Source: Amoebophrya sp. A120 (lineage: Eukaryota > Protista > Dinoflagellata). Taken from it: a stretch of DNA of 49,209 bases. Location: positions 1 to 49,209 of the forward strand of contig CAJINV010000006.1 of NCBI GenBank assembly GCA_905178155.1. The letters run 5' to 3'. Shown piece by piece: positions 24,046 to 35,186 of this stretch; within the stretch, counting starts at the first letter, position 1, and each line of letters opens with the position of its first letter. Below the pieces are notes generated by a model. The model did no database searches and was not told the origin of the DNA. It saw only the letters and a list, made by a program, of their open reading frames with translations. Position numbers and translations under genes: made by a program.

Positions 24046-25206
24046 CGGAGACGGGGCGCCATCCTTCATCCAGGTCGCTAACCTAGTTCCATCTAGGTGC
24101 CGGGCGGGTGGGGTTTCCGTCCTTCATCTAGGTCGGTGACCTAGTTCCAACGAGGTCCCCGGGCCTCGTTCCAACTAGGCCCCAGGCAAATGGCATTTCC
24201 ATCCCCCACCCAGGTCCCGGACCCCTTTCCAGCTACTTAAGTCCCAGGCCTTCCCAAAAAATCCAGGCAACCACCTCCACCCCTGTAGGCGCCACCCCCC
24301 AGGAGCACGGAAACACATGGGGCGGGGCTGCTCCTGGTAGGAAAATCTAGGCCCCTCCCGGATCTCGTCCGGGAGGCCGTGAACCGGCCCGGGGGCAAAG
24401 CTTGTCGGATCGCAGGGCGACCGCGCTTCGACTTGGTCCGTGGGGGGCTGGGTTGACGATCCCGGGAATTTGTCTTGATGCGGTGACCGCGGACGACCAC
24501 GCTTCGACCAAAAGCTTCATCGGGAAACACAAGTGGCTTTGGGGCAGATTCTATAGAATTATGTCGCAACAAGTAGGAACATATACGTGAAACGATAAAT
24601 TTGTCACGAGCAGAAAACTATACATGTTCATCGCCGTCGTGTGCAGAGGATCTTCGTAAATAAATAAAACAGGTGTTGTGCGTTGTGATCAGGAAAAGAT
24701 AGGATCTTTGTCGTGGAAAAGAAGATCTTCGTCGCGCTTCCTGAACACGCAATACGGAGTGCATACTTTTACTGTGCTATAGTCCTTGCACCAGAACGGG
24801 CCAGCACTTCAACCTTTGCTGGGGCCTGTTTACTACTACGCTTTCCTGGTAATTCTTGTCCTTGCATCCAGCGGCGCAGCCTGCTGCGCCAGTTTTTCAA
24901 AAATTTCAATCTCATACCAGCACTTCCAGTTTCACTTCCGCGCAGCGTGGCAAATGGCTATTAGTGTCCCGGATCGAAAGGAAAGCATGCGTGTTCGTAC
25001 GATATACAAGACAAAAAAATTCATAGGGTGAACTGCTTTTCGGCTTCAAAATTTCATGTGAGACGCAGAGACGTGCAAGAGCTTTTTTTTGTCAGTACGA
25101 CCGTGTTTCTCGTCGTTTTGTCAATCTCGTTTTTTGCATTCTGCAAAATTGTTCGTCCTGTTCTATTGCGGAGCGGTAGCGTCGTCGTCGTGCTGAGCCT
25201 ACGTAT

Positions 25207-28200
25207 TCACGTGACGCTCTGGTCCCCCGGGAAGCAGCAGGGACAGCAGGTTTCGATACAGCCGGAGACGCACGCGACTATCAGATGCAAATATGTCTGG
25301 GTCTGGAAGGATGCGGGGTTTGTCACGCTTGTCTGGCATGATTGAAGAGTTTGTGATGTGTCTCCAAGAAGAGAGCCTTTTGCCTGTCATGCAAAAACGC
25401 AGTTTGTCATGTGGAGAGCGCAATACTAAGCAGCGCAGAGATAATTTCTCATGCTTGGTTGTGCATTACAGAGCATTCACTTTTCCCAACCGAGCATTAA
25501 AAAGTTTGCAGACCCAGACATTTTTCCATTTGATAGCGACCACGGCGCTCTTATTGTCCGTCGTCGCCGACGCGGCTTCCCACTGCTGCGCCGAGGCGGG
25601 TACCAAATGCAAATATGTCTGGGTCTGGAAAGGTGCATAACGTATGTGATGGTCCTTTTCAGGAGTCACGCAAGAATCCGTCATGGCATGAGCAGCAAAA
25701 GCCTCCGTTTATATTGGCCACATGGCAACATAGCCCTCGTCGAACCTGTGAAGCTAAGCTCTGCATTTCAAACCTTCTGGGCCATGCGAAGCTTGCATGA
25801 CAAACTGTGCACTCTGCCAGAGCCAAACATATTTGCAAAACGCATAGCGGGTCCCTTCTGCAAATAATTCGTGCCGAGTTTAATGACTTTCGGGTCGTCC
25901 GATTGGAACAGTATCCTGTGTCAGCACGTCCCCACCCCAGACTTTCTCATCGAGAGCTTGCATCTAGAAAAACATTATTTGTCATGCGTATCCCCATGAG
26001 CGGCATTTGTGTCGGATTTGAAACTGGTAGTGCTGTATAACAAGATAATCAAATGGCTTTGTGGTGCGTCTGTCCTTTCTAACCTGTACTTCAAAGACAC
26101 TGGTCATGCGTGACTCCCGCAACTTCTGTGGGGACCTTTTTCCACGGGATAACCATGTGCCGTCGGGTGCTTGTACTTTTTGACCACGTATCAAAGGCAA
26201 ATGCGTCTGGGTCTGGAAAGATATAAAAAATTTTCACTGCTGATTCCTACATGACAGAGTGATGCTTTGCACGTTATGAAAGCATCACAGGTTTTTCGAT
26301 TCCTACTATTGCGACTTCTAGCGGATTTCGCATGACAAACTAGCCTTCAGCTGAACAACAAAATAAGTGCTTGCTTGTATTCATGCATTACAGATCTCGC
26401 TTTTTTTCGCATTTTGCATCACAAAGCCTGACCGTCCAGACGCATTCGCATTGCATACCACGGACGATGATGTTCTTGTTTGTCCAACATCGGTATCCAT
26501 CAGAAAAGTACACGCCGCAGAGAATACAAAATTTGTTTTGCTGAGATGGCATCACTATAAAAATCTGCAATGCGGAGACCACAAGAAAGGCAATTTAGAG
26601 CCTTTACTCGAGTGGAACATCATCATCGTCATCTGTCAGGCGCAATGTAATCTGTCATGCGGTTTAGCGGTTAGAGACGTATTAGCTGAGAGAAAGTCTT
26701 TATCATGCGGAGCATTTCTGGGAAACAAAAAACAGCATGGCAACCTTTTATTTCCTGGTCTGAGCAGTGTACTTTTTTGTGGGATACCCACCCCGCCGGT
26801 CCCACAGTCGAGCACCGCGCTGTCCTCGAGAAAAACCTTCGTGGAGGAGATTCCAAAGCGTTTACTTACTGGTAGTTCATCTGCTTCTTGTTGCACGACG
26901 AGACGGTTCTTCGCGCCGCCGCTGCAGTTCCTTTTGCCGCCGCAAATGACGTATCAACTGCAAATATCTCTGGGTCTGGAAGGTTGCAACCTGCCATGCA
27001 GATTTTACAAGACACGTGACGTCTGTGATGTCTTTTCTAGCATCACAGGTTTTCTGAGTGCTTCTTGATGCCCGTTCGGAATGACAAATTTCCCCCCCCG
27101 CGTAGCACAAACTGGCCTCCTCTTTGTCGCCATGCAATGCAGAATTTTTCAAAATCCAAAGTTAGCATCACAAGCTCCAACTTTCCAGACCCAGAGATTT
27201 TTGCAGTTGATATGACGATGCCGCGCCCGCTAGTTTCCTCGATCGTCACGCGCCGGAGCAGGGTATCGGAAGAGAAAATCCCCTCTCCTCATACTGAAAA
27301 GGTATATTTTTTGAAATTTATTGTGATGCTTATTTGTGGTCACAAATCGTGTCTGTCTTGCAAGAAGGCAAACCCAGAAGAGTTCCCGCATTATGCTGGC
27401 GGTTTGTGATGCTGTTTGGCCTACAGCATAGACTTTTGTCATGCTGAGCGCCTAGGCCAAAACCGTTCCACTCAGGCTTGCTAGGGGCCGGCAGTCCTTT
27501 ACTGCAAGACAAGGCTGATTTGTGTACGCAGATCCAGCATCAGAAATGTCGCTTTGATATGGGGAGGGGGGATTTTTCCTCGCAATACAGGGTTGTGCTG
27601 CTGGTCGCGAGATGCATTGCAAATATCCCTGGATGTCGCCGGGAACAGATTTGCAACTGGTGATGCTAAACTGCATTGCATGACCAGCAAGGGCACGAGT
27701 CCATTTTTCGCAGTACGCGAAGAGGTGAATATTGCTCCTGCGGGAGATTATAGGCATCAAGAAACCGTCTAAAAATTTGTGATGCTAGGTATACATTTGC
27801 GAGAACATGATTGGTAATAAGCAAAATGTGCATGACAAACGTGTGGCACTTATATTCCAGCCTCAAACACATGAAATATTTGCAGTGGATACGCGAGAAG
27901 TAGGCCGTCCGTTCCGCCTTTCACGTAGCAATCCTCGAAGAGAATCTCGGACTGCCGTTCGAGCTCCATATCGTCCATACCTTCCTTCTTGTCATCCGCT
28001 GCAGCCGCGCTGTTGTTCCCCGGCAGGAGCCGCGTCGTTTGCGACCTAGTTGTGGGCAACACCACTTCATCCGTGGCTCGCTTCGGGCAGCACTGTCGTG
28101 GGATTTGGAGCAGCCGCTGGAGGAGGGCTCTCAGGGGGGAGCACGCCGCGGACGATGGCAACCTCCTCCAGCACGACGAGAAAGTATTTATTCCGGGGCT

Positions 28201-31200
28201 GGGAGTTCTTTCAGTGGGAGTTGTGCCATTGGTCGTCGTATGTTCGTCGCGGTCAGAGGATGTTGGTGTCCTCGCGCAGTGGTCATCGTCAAACCTAGTC
28301 GTGCTTGCGAGAGAAGAACGGGTGCTGTTTGCGCTGAAAAAATCGTCATGGGCAACATCGTGTTGATCTCTGTCGGTTGTGTATGCAAGAAAAAAACTGT
28401 GTAAGTGTAAGTCTGTCATGCAGAACATGCCACAGAGTTACACCTGTCATGCCAGACAACCATGAAGTCCGCTATTCGTGTGTGTTTTCCCTTACAAGCC
28501 ACGCATGATAGGTTTTCTCTGTCATCTAGAGCAAATTTGTGATGCTGTCAGCCAAAGAAAGTTACACTAACACAGGTTTTTTCTTGGATATGCTGCTGGG
28601 GTCTTTTACTATCATGCCGGACGGTGCAATCCTCGTGGTCCGGCTGTGCAGGAAGAGAAAAAAGCTCTGCGTAATCATCCCTAGAAGTACGCATATGACA
28701 TTCGTCCGATGGCGAATCGGATTCAAAAAACCGCAACAGCATAACAAATCGCTATAGGATGCTTGTTCGCAGCAGAACAGTTTTGCGCGATGCGATGCCT
28801 TCGTAGCAAGAAAATTATGCGCTGAATCGCTTGCCGTTGCAACGTAGAACTAAGACGTGCGAATAAAGTTTATTTTGCTGTGTAGTAGCAGGGATCGATT
28901 TGCATTGTTTTTCTTTTCCATATGATTGCGAGCAGGTATTCAGCAGCTGCAGCGACGCCGGTGCTCGCGTTTCTCCCTGTAGTACTTGCGGGTTTTGTGC
29001 AAATCCCTGGTCGGGCGTCACGAAGAAGTTCTTGAAGTAGCACTTTTGCAGCCGCGTGCCGCGGATGGTCACCGGCGCTTGCACTCGCAGGTTCCGGATT
29101 TCCAGCAGTCGGGCGACCCCTGGGACGCTGGTGACGGTGGACTGTTTGATCTTGACACAGACAGGAAAGTGCAAAACTGTCCCGCTCTCGGGCATAGGCG
29201 ATCTCCCGACCAGGACGACGGGCTTGGAAACGTACAGGACATCATTGCTCCGCTGCTCCGGCTTCTCGGAGGCGGAATTTTTCCCATTGCTATTCTTCAT
29301 CTGTCGACTGGCCGTTTTCGCCTTAGCTGTGGCGGTTACAGTTGCCGTTGTTCCATATACAAACTCCTGGCGATTTGTCGCTTCTGTTGGAGCTCCTGGT
29401 TTTCCTCTCCTCTGGTCAACATCTTCCTCGTTCTTGGCTAGCAGGGGTTGCTGCAAATCTTTGTCCTGATCTCGGTCTTCCTCCGGGATGGAGGATGCGT
29501 CGGATATCCTATGTAAAAACGTCCCCGCACCATAGTCAAAATGGAAAATCTGTTAGACAAATCAACCAGCTTTGGTTGCTGCGCATGACAAGTTTGGCCT
29601 CGTGGTGCGATCCTGTTCAGCTAGATCCAACAGCATCACAGATCTAGCCTATCATGCTGATTCGAGCATCACAAATTCCCAAACCTGAATAGAAAATGCT
29701 TCTCATGGGGCTTCGCAAGAGAAACATTTTGAGCATGCAGGTTTGCATGACAACCCTGCGGTGGGGACGTTTTTCCATGGGATATCGGACCCCTCCGTCG
29801 ATTTGGACCACCCGTCATTCCGGTCGCGAAATTCTTGTTCCAGAAACAGCAGGGAGGTCGTATCAAAAGGAAAAACCCCTCCTCCACATATCGAAAGCGT
29901 CGAAAGTTGTGATGCTGTATTCGAGTACAAAAACCGATTTGTCTTGCTAGAAGGCCAAGGGCCTCAGTTGTGGCCTCGCTTGCAGGCAATTTTTGATGCT
30001 GTTTGCCACTTCCAGCTGCCTCCTGTCATGCTGAAGATGCAAGGCTTCATTCCCTCGCCAGCCAGCACCAAAGTCCGCATCTTTTCTCTTCTAGCATGAC
30101 AAGATGATTTGTGTACACAAATACCGCATGACAGACTTCTATTTTGATATGGGGAAGGGGGATTTTTCATTTTGATAGTTCGCGGTGGCGCAGAGGTCGG
30201 AGGAACTGACATCGCTGCTCGACGAATTCTATAGATTGCAAAAATGTCTGGGTCTGGAAGAGGACAAGTTTGTCATGCACATTTTCTACGATCCATGATG
30301 TCTGTGATGTATGCCATAGCATCACAGATTTTGTGAGCGCTTATCGATGCGCATCCTGCATGACAAATGCCCTCCCCGCGTAGCCAAATTTGACTTCTCT
30401 TGCTGCTCATGAAATACAGATTTTTTTAGCAGCCACATGCAGCATCACAAGTTTGGCTCTTCCAGACCCAGACATTTTTGCATTTGATAAATTCGGCGCT
30501 TGCGTGCTGAACGGGGAGGAGGATAAAATTAATGTGGATGTAGTTATCCTGAGTAAAAGCGTTCCCACCCCAGAGTTGTCATGCAGATTTGCAATGGTAG
30601 GAAGATTTGTGATGCGTATGCCCATGATAGGCATTTCTGATTGTGTTTTGGAATTTGTAATGCGGTAAACAGGACAAGCAAATAAATTTTTAATGCGGCT
30701 ATCCTCGCCAACCTGCACTACACTACGGGCTGCAGCTTGTCATGCGGGACGCCCAAAACTTCTTGCGTTGTGTTGCGAAATCCCCCTTGACTCTCGGGGG
30801 GGGGACGTTTTTAGTCAGGATAGATGTAGTAGCCGGCTGCTGGGTCATTTTTTGGTATCGCGTCGCTTTTTCTCCCCTTGGCTCTGTAGTCGTCGTACTC
30901 GCGGTCAATAGGAACGAAGAATCCTGATCCGACCAGGTGTCTTGTTCATCCTCGGACGGCTGATCCGACTCCGAGTCAGTTTCATCACTTGCAGTTTGGT
31001 CGTAGGCCTTCGAGGTAGCTGCCGCATCTCGTTCCTCGCTGTTATCTCCTGCTAGAAGAACCACCGGTTGGCCAAGGAGAGAAATATTCCCGTCTAGCTG
31101 TGCTCCCCGACTTCCCGTAGACAGTCCGTCAGCTTCGGAATTGTTGCTGTTGCCGTTACGTTCGCGGCCACCTGACGCGAGTCCGACGCCCGGGCCGGAG

Positions 31201-31703
31201 TGTTCTTGCGCATGTTCTTCCAGGCCTGCCGAGGACGCCGCGATGGCCGTTTGCACGTCATGTTCAGCTGGAGCTACGCCACCGGTTTGCACGTAGTAGT
31301 CGCCGCGCGGAATGTATCACGAGAAAAATTATAAAGTATTACAGTTTCCCACATCGTCTATGCAGGCCCAGTATGACAGACAACCGTTGTCATGCCAGAA
31401 ATGCTTTTGAGCCTCGTTTCATCAAGTTTTCCCTTTGTAATCTTTGCATTGTAAGTTTTCTCTTTCATCATGCGGAGAAAATTTGTGTTGCTTTTTTGAC
31501 AGCAAATGTGCTGCAACTGTAACACTTTCTTCGTGGGATAGAATGGAAACGCGGTCGCCGGGTGCGGCGCGGTCCAGCAGGGTCTGGATTTCCTCGAGCG
31601 TGTAGCGCAGAGGACGGACGTATTTCAGATTCTGTTCGCGGACTTTTAGCAGCGGGTTGCAGTTTTCCTGCTTCCGTAGCACGCACTGCTGCATGTGGTG
31701 CAT
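25207..31703 (-). CDS. Parallel beta-helix (pectin lyase-like fold) protein with low-complexity insertions and Cys-rich tail; at least 15 exons, 5' end unresolved
   Basis: Spliced LEEIQTLLDRAAPGDRVSI|PRGDY is the typical beta-helix N-cap. Then KPVVLVG..LEIRNLRV..VTIRG, ILFEDCYVKGGTDGLLLA|TSSTTL|LRRVTIEETSGRGIV|ICGG..VFLEDSAVLDCGTGGV, ending CVSGCIETCCPCCFPGDQSVT*. Junctions near 26.2-26.8 kb and 28.6-28.9 kb are uncertain. Confidence 0.75.
25279..25535. mobile_element. Introner, family A
   Basis: Family A TIRs; perfect TSD gcgac. Confidence 0.92.
25601..25846. mobile_element. Introner, family A
   Basis: Family A TIRs; perfect TSD gcggg. Confidence 0.9.
25912..26151. mobile_element. Introner, family B
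   Basis: Family B TIRs; TSD aacag/accat. Confidence 0.82.
26189..26457. mobile_element. Introner, family A variant
   Basis: tatcaaaggcaaatgcgtctgg ... ccagacgcattcgcattgcata; perfect TSD ccacg. Confidence 0.88.
26494..26786. mobile_element. Introner, family F
   Basis: tatccatcagaaaagtacac ... gtgtacttttttgtgggata; no recognisable TSD. Confidence 0.72.
26952..27212. mobile_element. Introner, family A
   Basis: Near-perfect ~30-bp TIR; perfect TSD tgacg. Confidence 0.93.
27264..27587. mobile_element. Introner, family C
   Basis: Family C TIRs; perfect TSD caggg. Confidence 0.9.
27611..27891. mobile_element. Introner, family A
   Basis: gatgcattgcaaatat ... atatttgcagtggata; perfect TSD cgcga. 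Confidence 0.88.
28382..28590. mobile_element. Introner, E-like family
   Basis: tatgcaagaaaaaaactgtgt ... acacaggttttttcttggata; TSD ttgtg/tgctg. Confidence 0.78.
29505..29784. mobile_element. Introner, family B
   Basis: Family B TIRs; perfect TSD tcgga. Confidence 0.92.
29861..30177. mobile_element. Introner, family C
   Basis: Family C TIRs; TSD ggtcg/gttcg. Confidence 0.9.
30230..30489. mobile_element. Introner, family A
   Basis: Family A TIRs; perfect TSD aattc. Confidence 0.93.
30545..30822. mobile_element. Introner, family B (opposite orientation to 7250)
   Basis: Family B TIRs; TSD gtagt/gatgt. Confidence 0.88.
31315..31540. mobile_element. Introner, E-like family
   Basis: tatcacgagaaa ... 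tttcttcgtgggata; perfect TSD gaatg. Confidence 0.88.
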
Positions 31704-32330
31704 CCGCTGCTTGTCTGCTCGGGAGGGCGTGATGGAACTTTAAGAAAATGTGGAATATTTTTGGTACCGCTATAATTTTCCTTTTCGACTGAATGCTGCT
31801 GAGTTCTTGTTATGGTAGTTGTGCAGAAGAAGAAATGTCGCACCGTAGCGAGTCATTCTACAAGCAAGAACATACTAAGCTGTAGTTGGTAGGGCGTAGC
31901 GATAAAGCAATTCGGTCTACTGGAGATGATGTAAATGGAGCGTAGTAGTTCCTCTTTATTTTCCTCTGTTTCATAAAACGCGCTGTTGTGCCACCACCAG
32001 CACTGGCAACGTTTTTCCGGTCGCAGGAGCAATGGTCGGCCAGTTTGTCCGGGGCGAGGGTTCTGTTGGGGAAACTTTTCGTTCATCAGTCTGGACGATA
32101 GGTCTTGCTTTTTCATGCGTTTGCCCGTGCTGTTTCAGAACTGAATAGCAGTACTGCTGGGCCGTTCTACTTTTTCTTTCGGCCGCGCGGGTTCGAGAAG
32201 GTTCTCTAGCAAGACAACGGTAATGCATTTGAACACGCGGTCTTGATGAGGACGAGTCTTGTTTCCTTTGCATGTCCGAAAGAGCCCTCTAATATTGACT
32301 GTTGAGTCGCTTAATATTTTTTCCATTATG

Positions 32331-32603
32331 TATCCAGTGAAAATATGTCAACGACTGGGTCTGGAAGATTGCGGCTGTTTTTTATGCCTCTTTTGGATGA
32401 TGCAGCTGTGCTGGAACGCACGCAGAAACATTACAAGTTTTACTGAGACCTCTTGATCATGCTTGTCTCGCATGGGATAGTCCGCTGCTTGTGTAGCACG
32501 AAATGGAGCTACGTTGGCGCTTTTGGAAAACAAAGTTTTATGTGATCCTGAAATTGCATTATAAGTTCCATTCTTGCAGACCCAGACAGACTTGCACTGG
32601 ATA
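32331..32603. mobile_element. Introner, degenerate family A
   Basis: tatccagtg..ctgggtctgga ... cagacccagacagacttgcactggata; TSD eroded. Confidence 0.72.
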
Positions 32604-33039
32604 ACATAAACACCTCCATCCGTGGTATGATTCGTTGTTCGCAGATGTACCGTTGCCGCTCGAAGTCAAACTGTCGGCATGCAAGAAAAAGGATGTCAAA
32701 GTGTACTACTTTGTTGCGCAGACACTGCAATACAGTTCTTACATTTGTCATGCTCAACTTGGCAGTCATAGCGCAGTTTCATATATCATCGGCGCATGAC
32801 AAGGTTTTGCTGCCATGCCCCACGCATTTGTGCTGCTGTTTTCCCAAAAGTGTCACACCAAAACATTTTTCTCTTGGATAATCGGATCACAACCTGCAAT
32901 GTGTGTCATGTATCTATCTCATCTCATGGCAAACTACATCGGATTGCGTAAAGAGATTCACGTGGGAGAGCTCCGAAACCGCCCCCCCCATCCCCCGCGC
33001 CGGGGTATTGCGTGGTACTCCCACGCCAGGGGATTTCTC

Positions 33040-33170
33040 GGCCGCGCCAGGGTGCGGAAACGGGCGTTGGCCGGACCCTTTTAAGGGAAACGGCGCGGAC
33101 CGCGCCGTTTCCCTTGAAGGATCCCAAAACCGACCAAGCAGCCGACCACGCCAGGGTGCGGAAACGTGCG
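33040..33170 (-). repeat. Inverted copy of the 104-bp palindrome-bearing repeat
   Basis: Reverse complement of the 482-748 unit; palindrome at 33083-33115. Confidence 0.9.
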
Positions 33171-33180
33171 GAGACGGGGG

Positions 33181-34090
33181 GGCGCCGCACCGGACCGGTG
33201 CGGCGCTAATGAAGAAGCACTGCTGCAGGCCAATTTTCAATCGGGAGAAGGCAGCAATGCTTCCCTCAAGGGCGCCGCACCGGACCGGTGCGGCGCTAAT
33301 GAAGAAGCACTGCTGCAGGCCAATTTTCAACCGGGAGAAGGCTTGCAGCAATGCTTCCCTCAAGGGCGCCGCACCGGACCGGTGCGGCGCTAATGAAGAA
33401 GCACTGCTGCAGGCCAATTTTCAATCGGGAGAAGGCAGCAATGCTTCCCTCAAGGGCGCCGCACCGGACCGGTGCGGCGCTAATGAAGAAGCACTGCTGC
33501 AGGCCAATTTTCAACCGGGAGAAGGCTTGCAGCAATGCTTCCCTCAAGGGCGCCGCACCGGACCGGTGCGGCGCTAATGAAGAAGCACTGCTGCAAGCCA
33601 ATTTCCAATCGGGAGAAGGCTTGCAGCAATGCTTCCCTCAAGGGCGCCGCACCGGACCGGTGCGGCGCTAATGAAGAGGCACTGCTGCAGGCCAATTTCC
33701 AATCGGGAGAAGGCTTGCAGCAATGCTTCCCTCAAGGGCGCCGCACCGGACCGGTGCGGCGCTAATGAAGAAGCACTGCTGCAGGCCAATTTCCAATCGG
33801 GAGAAGGCTTGCAGCAATGCTTCCCTCAAGGGCGCCGCACCGGACCGGTGCGGCGCTAATGAAGAAGCACTGCTGCAGGCCGATTTCCAATCGGGAGAAG
33901 GCTTGCAGCAATGCTTTCCTCAAGGGCGCCGCACCGGACCGGTGCGGCGCTAATGAAGAAGCACTGCTGCAGGCCAATTTCCAAGCGGGAGAAGGCTTGC
34001 AGCAATGCTTCCCTCAAGGGCGCCGCACCGGCTGCAAGCCAATTTTCAAGCGGGGGAAGGCTTGCAACAATGCTTCCCTCAAGCGGGAAA
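33181..34090 (+). repeat. 90/94-bp satellite (~9.5 copies), each with the 25-bp palindrome gcgccgcaccgg-a-ccggtgcggcgc
   Basis: Periods run 90, 94, 90, 94, 94...; the last unit is deleted from the palindrome axis. Confidence 0.97.
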
Positions 34091-34109
34091 ATTCTACAGT
34101 GCTTGTTTC

Positions 34110-34330
34110 AAGTGCGCGCGGTTTCGCACCTGATTCTTTGAGCCCGGCCAGAACAAAAGTTGCCACTTTTGCCTTTCAAAAAGTGGCCACCTTTCTCTCC
34201 CAAAAAGTGCGCGTGGTTTCGCACCTGATTCCTGAAGCCCGGCCAGAACAAAAGTTGCCACTTTTGCCTTTCAAAACGTGGCCACCTTTCTCTCCCAAAA
34301 AGTGCGCGCGTTTCGCACCTGGTTCTTTGG
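34110..34330 (+). repeat. 95-bp tandem repeat (~2.3 copies)
   Basis: aagtgcgcg..tttcgcacctg..aaaagttgccacttttgcc..ctcccaaa is repeated. Confidence 0.9.
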
Positions 34331-35186
34331 GTTCCTGCAGTCTACGCTTTAGCGCTTTTTGGTCTTTAAGAGCCATTTGGCCAAGAGTACCGCTCTCCGC
34401 TATTGCACAAAGCTCTTACCGAATCTAAGTAAAAGGGTACCTCTCGACCATTGAATTTCGTGTCTTCAGTATCCCTTCGAAGCGCGCGCCTAAGCTACTA
34501 TTGCCGTGCTTTTCGGGCGAAGTTTACCTAAAAGCAGAACCTTTCGAGCCCGGGGGTGTATATGTATGCAAAAAGTCGGAGTTTATTATTTCTGCAGCGC
34601 AAAACAATCCTTGTATAGTGCAAAATATGTTGCTTTCATCAGTCCCTTTCGCTGCCACATCCTTGCCATGACAATACAGAAATTAATTCCGTAGTGATGC
34701 TCGAGGCGCACGACAATTGTAGCTGTGGTACCAAGGATTTTCATCTGCATAATCGGAGACCCCGATCGAGCTGGAAAAAACCCCACCTTCCTACACCGAA
34801 GTGAGAAACTTGCTGATGCTGAGTTGAGTACCGAAACGCATGACAGACTGCGTGCACAGTGCTCCTTGCAGCTGGTCCTGGTTCCTCTTCTCGCAAGACA
34901 AATCTGATTTGTGGTTACAAAGCAGCATCCATCATGACAAATCCCCGCTTTGAGTACTCTTATTGGGAGGCTGTAGGAGTTTTCCTCGCGATAAGCCCGT
35001 GCACTGTGCAGACCGTGTTCGGCTTGGTATGGAAAGGAAAAACGAGAATAGGACCAGGAGGAGAGGTTGCTGAGTCTTGATATCATGCAGAAACGTTGCT
35101 CTCTAATTGATGGGCAGAAGCATCACAATCAGGGCTGAGCTAGCTGGTGTCAACATACAGAAAAAGAAAGCTTGGCGACGCCTGTA

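Noticed and set aside
22457-24062. Repeated 99-aa and 127-aa ORFs
   Set aside because: By-products of a GC-rich 190-bp repeat whose length is not a multiple of 3.
482-33170. Polinton or endogenous virus bounded by inverted repeats
   Set aside because: No polymerase, integrase, ATPase or capsid gene is recognisable, and the contents look like intron-rich host genes.
33181-34090. Palindromic repeats as a CRISPR array
   Set aside because: The intervening sequences are near-identical, so this is a satellite.
34371-34385. agccatttggccaag, resembling a dinoflagellate spliced-leader relic
   Set aside because: Short, needs two gaps to align, and lies on the strand opposite the genes; compatible with chance.
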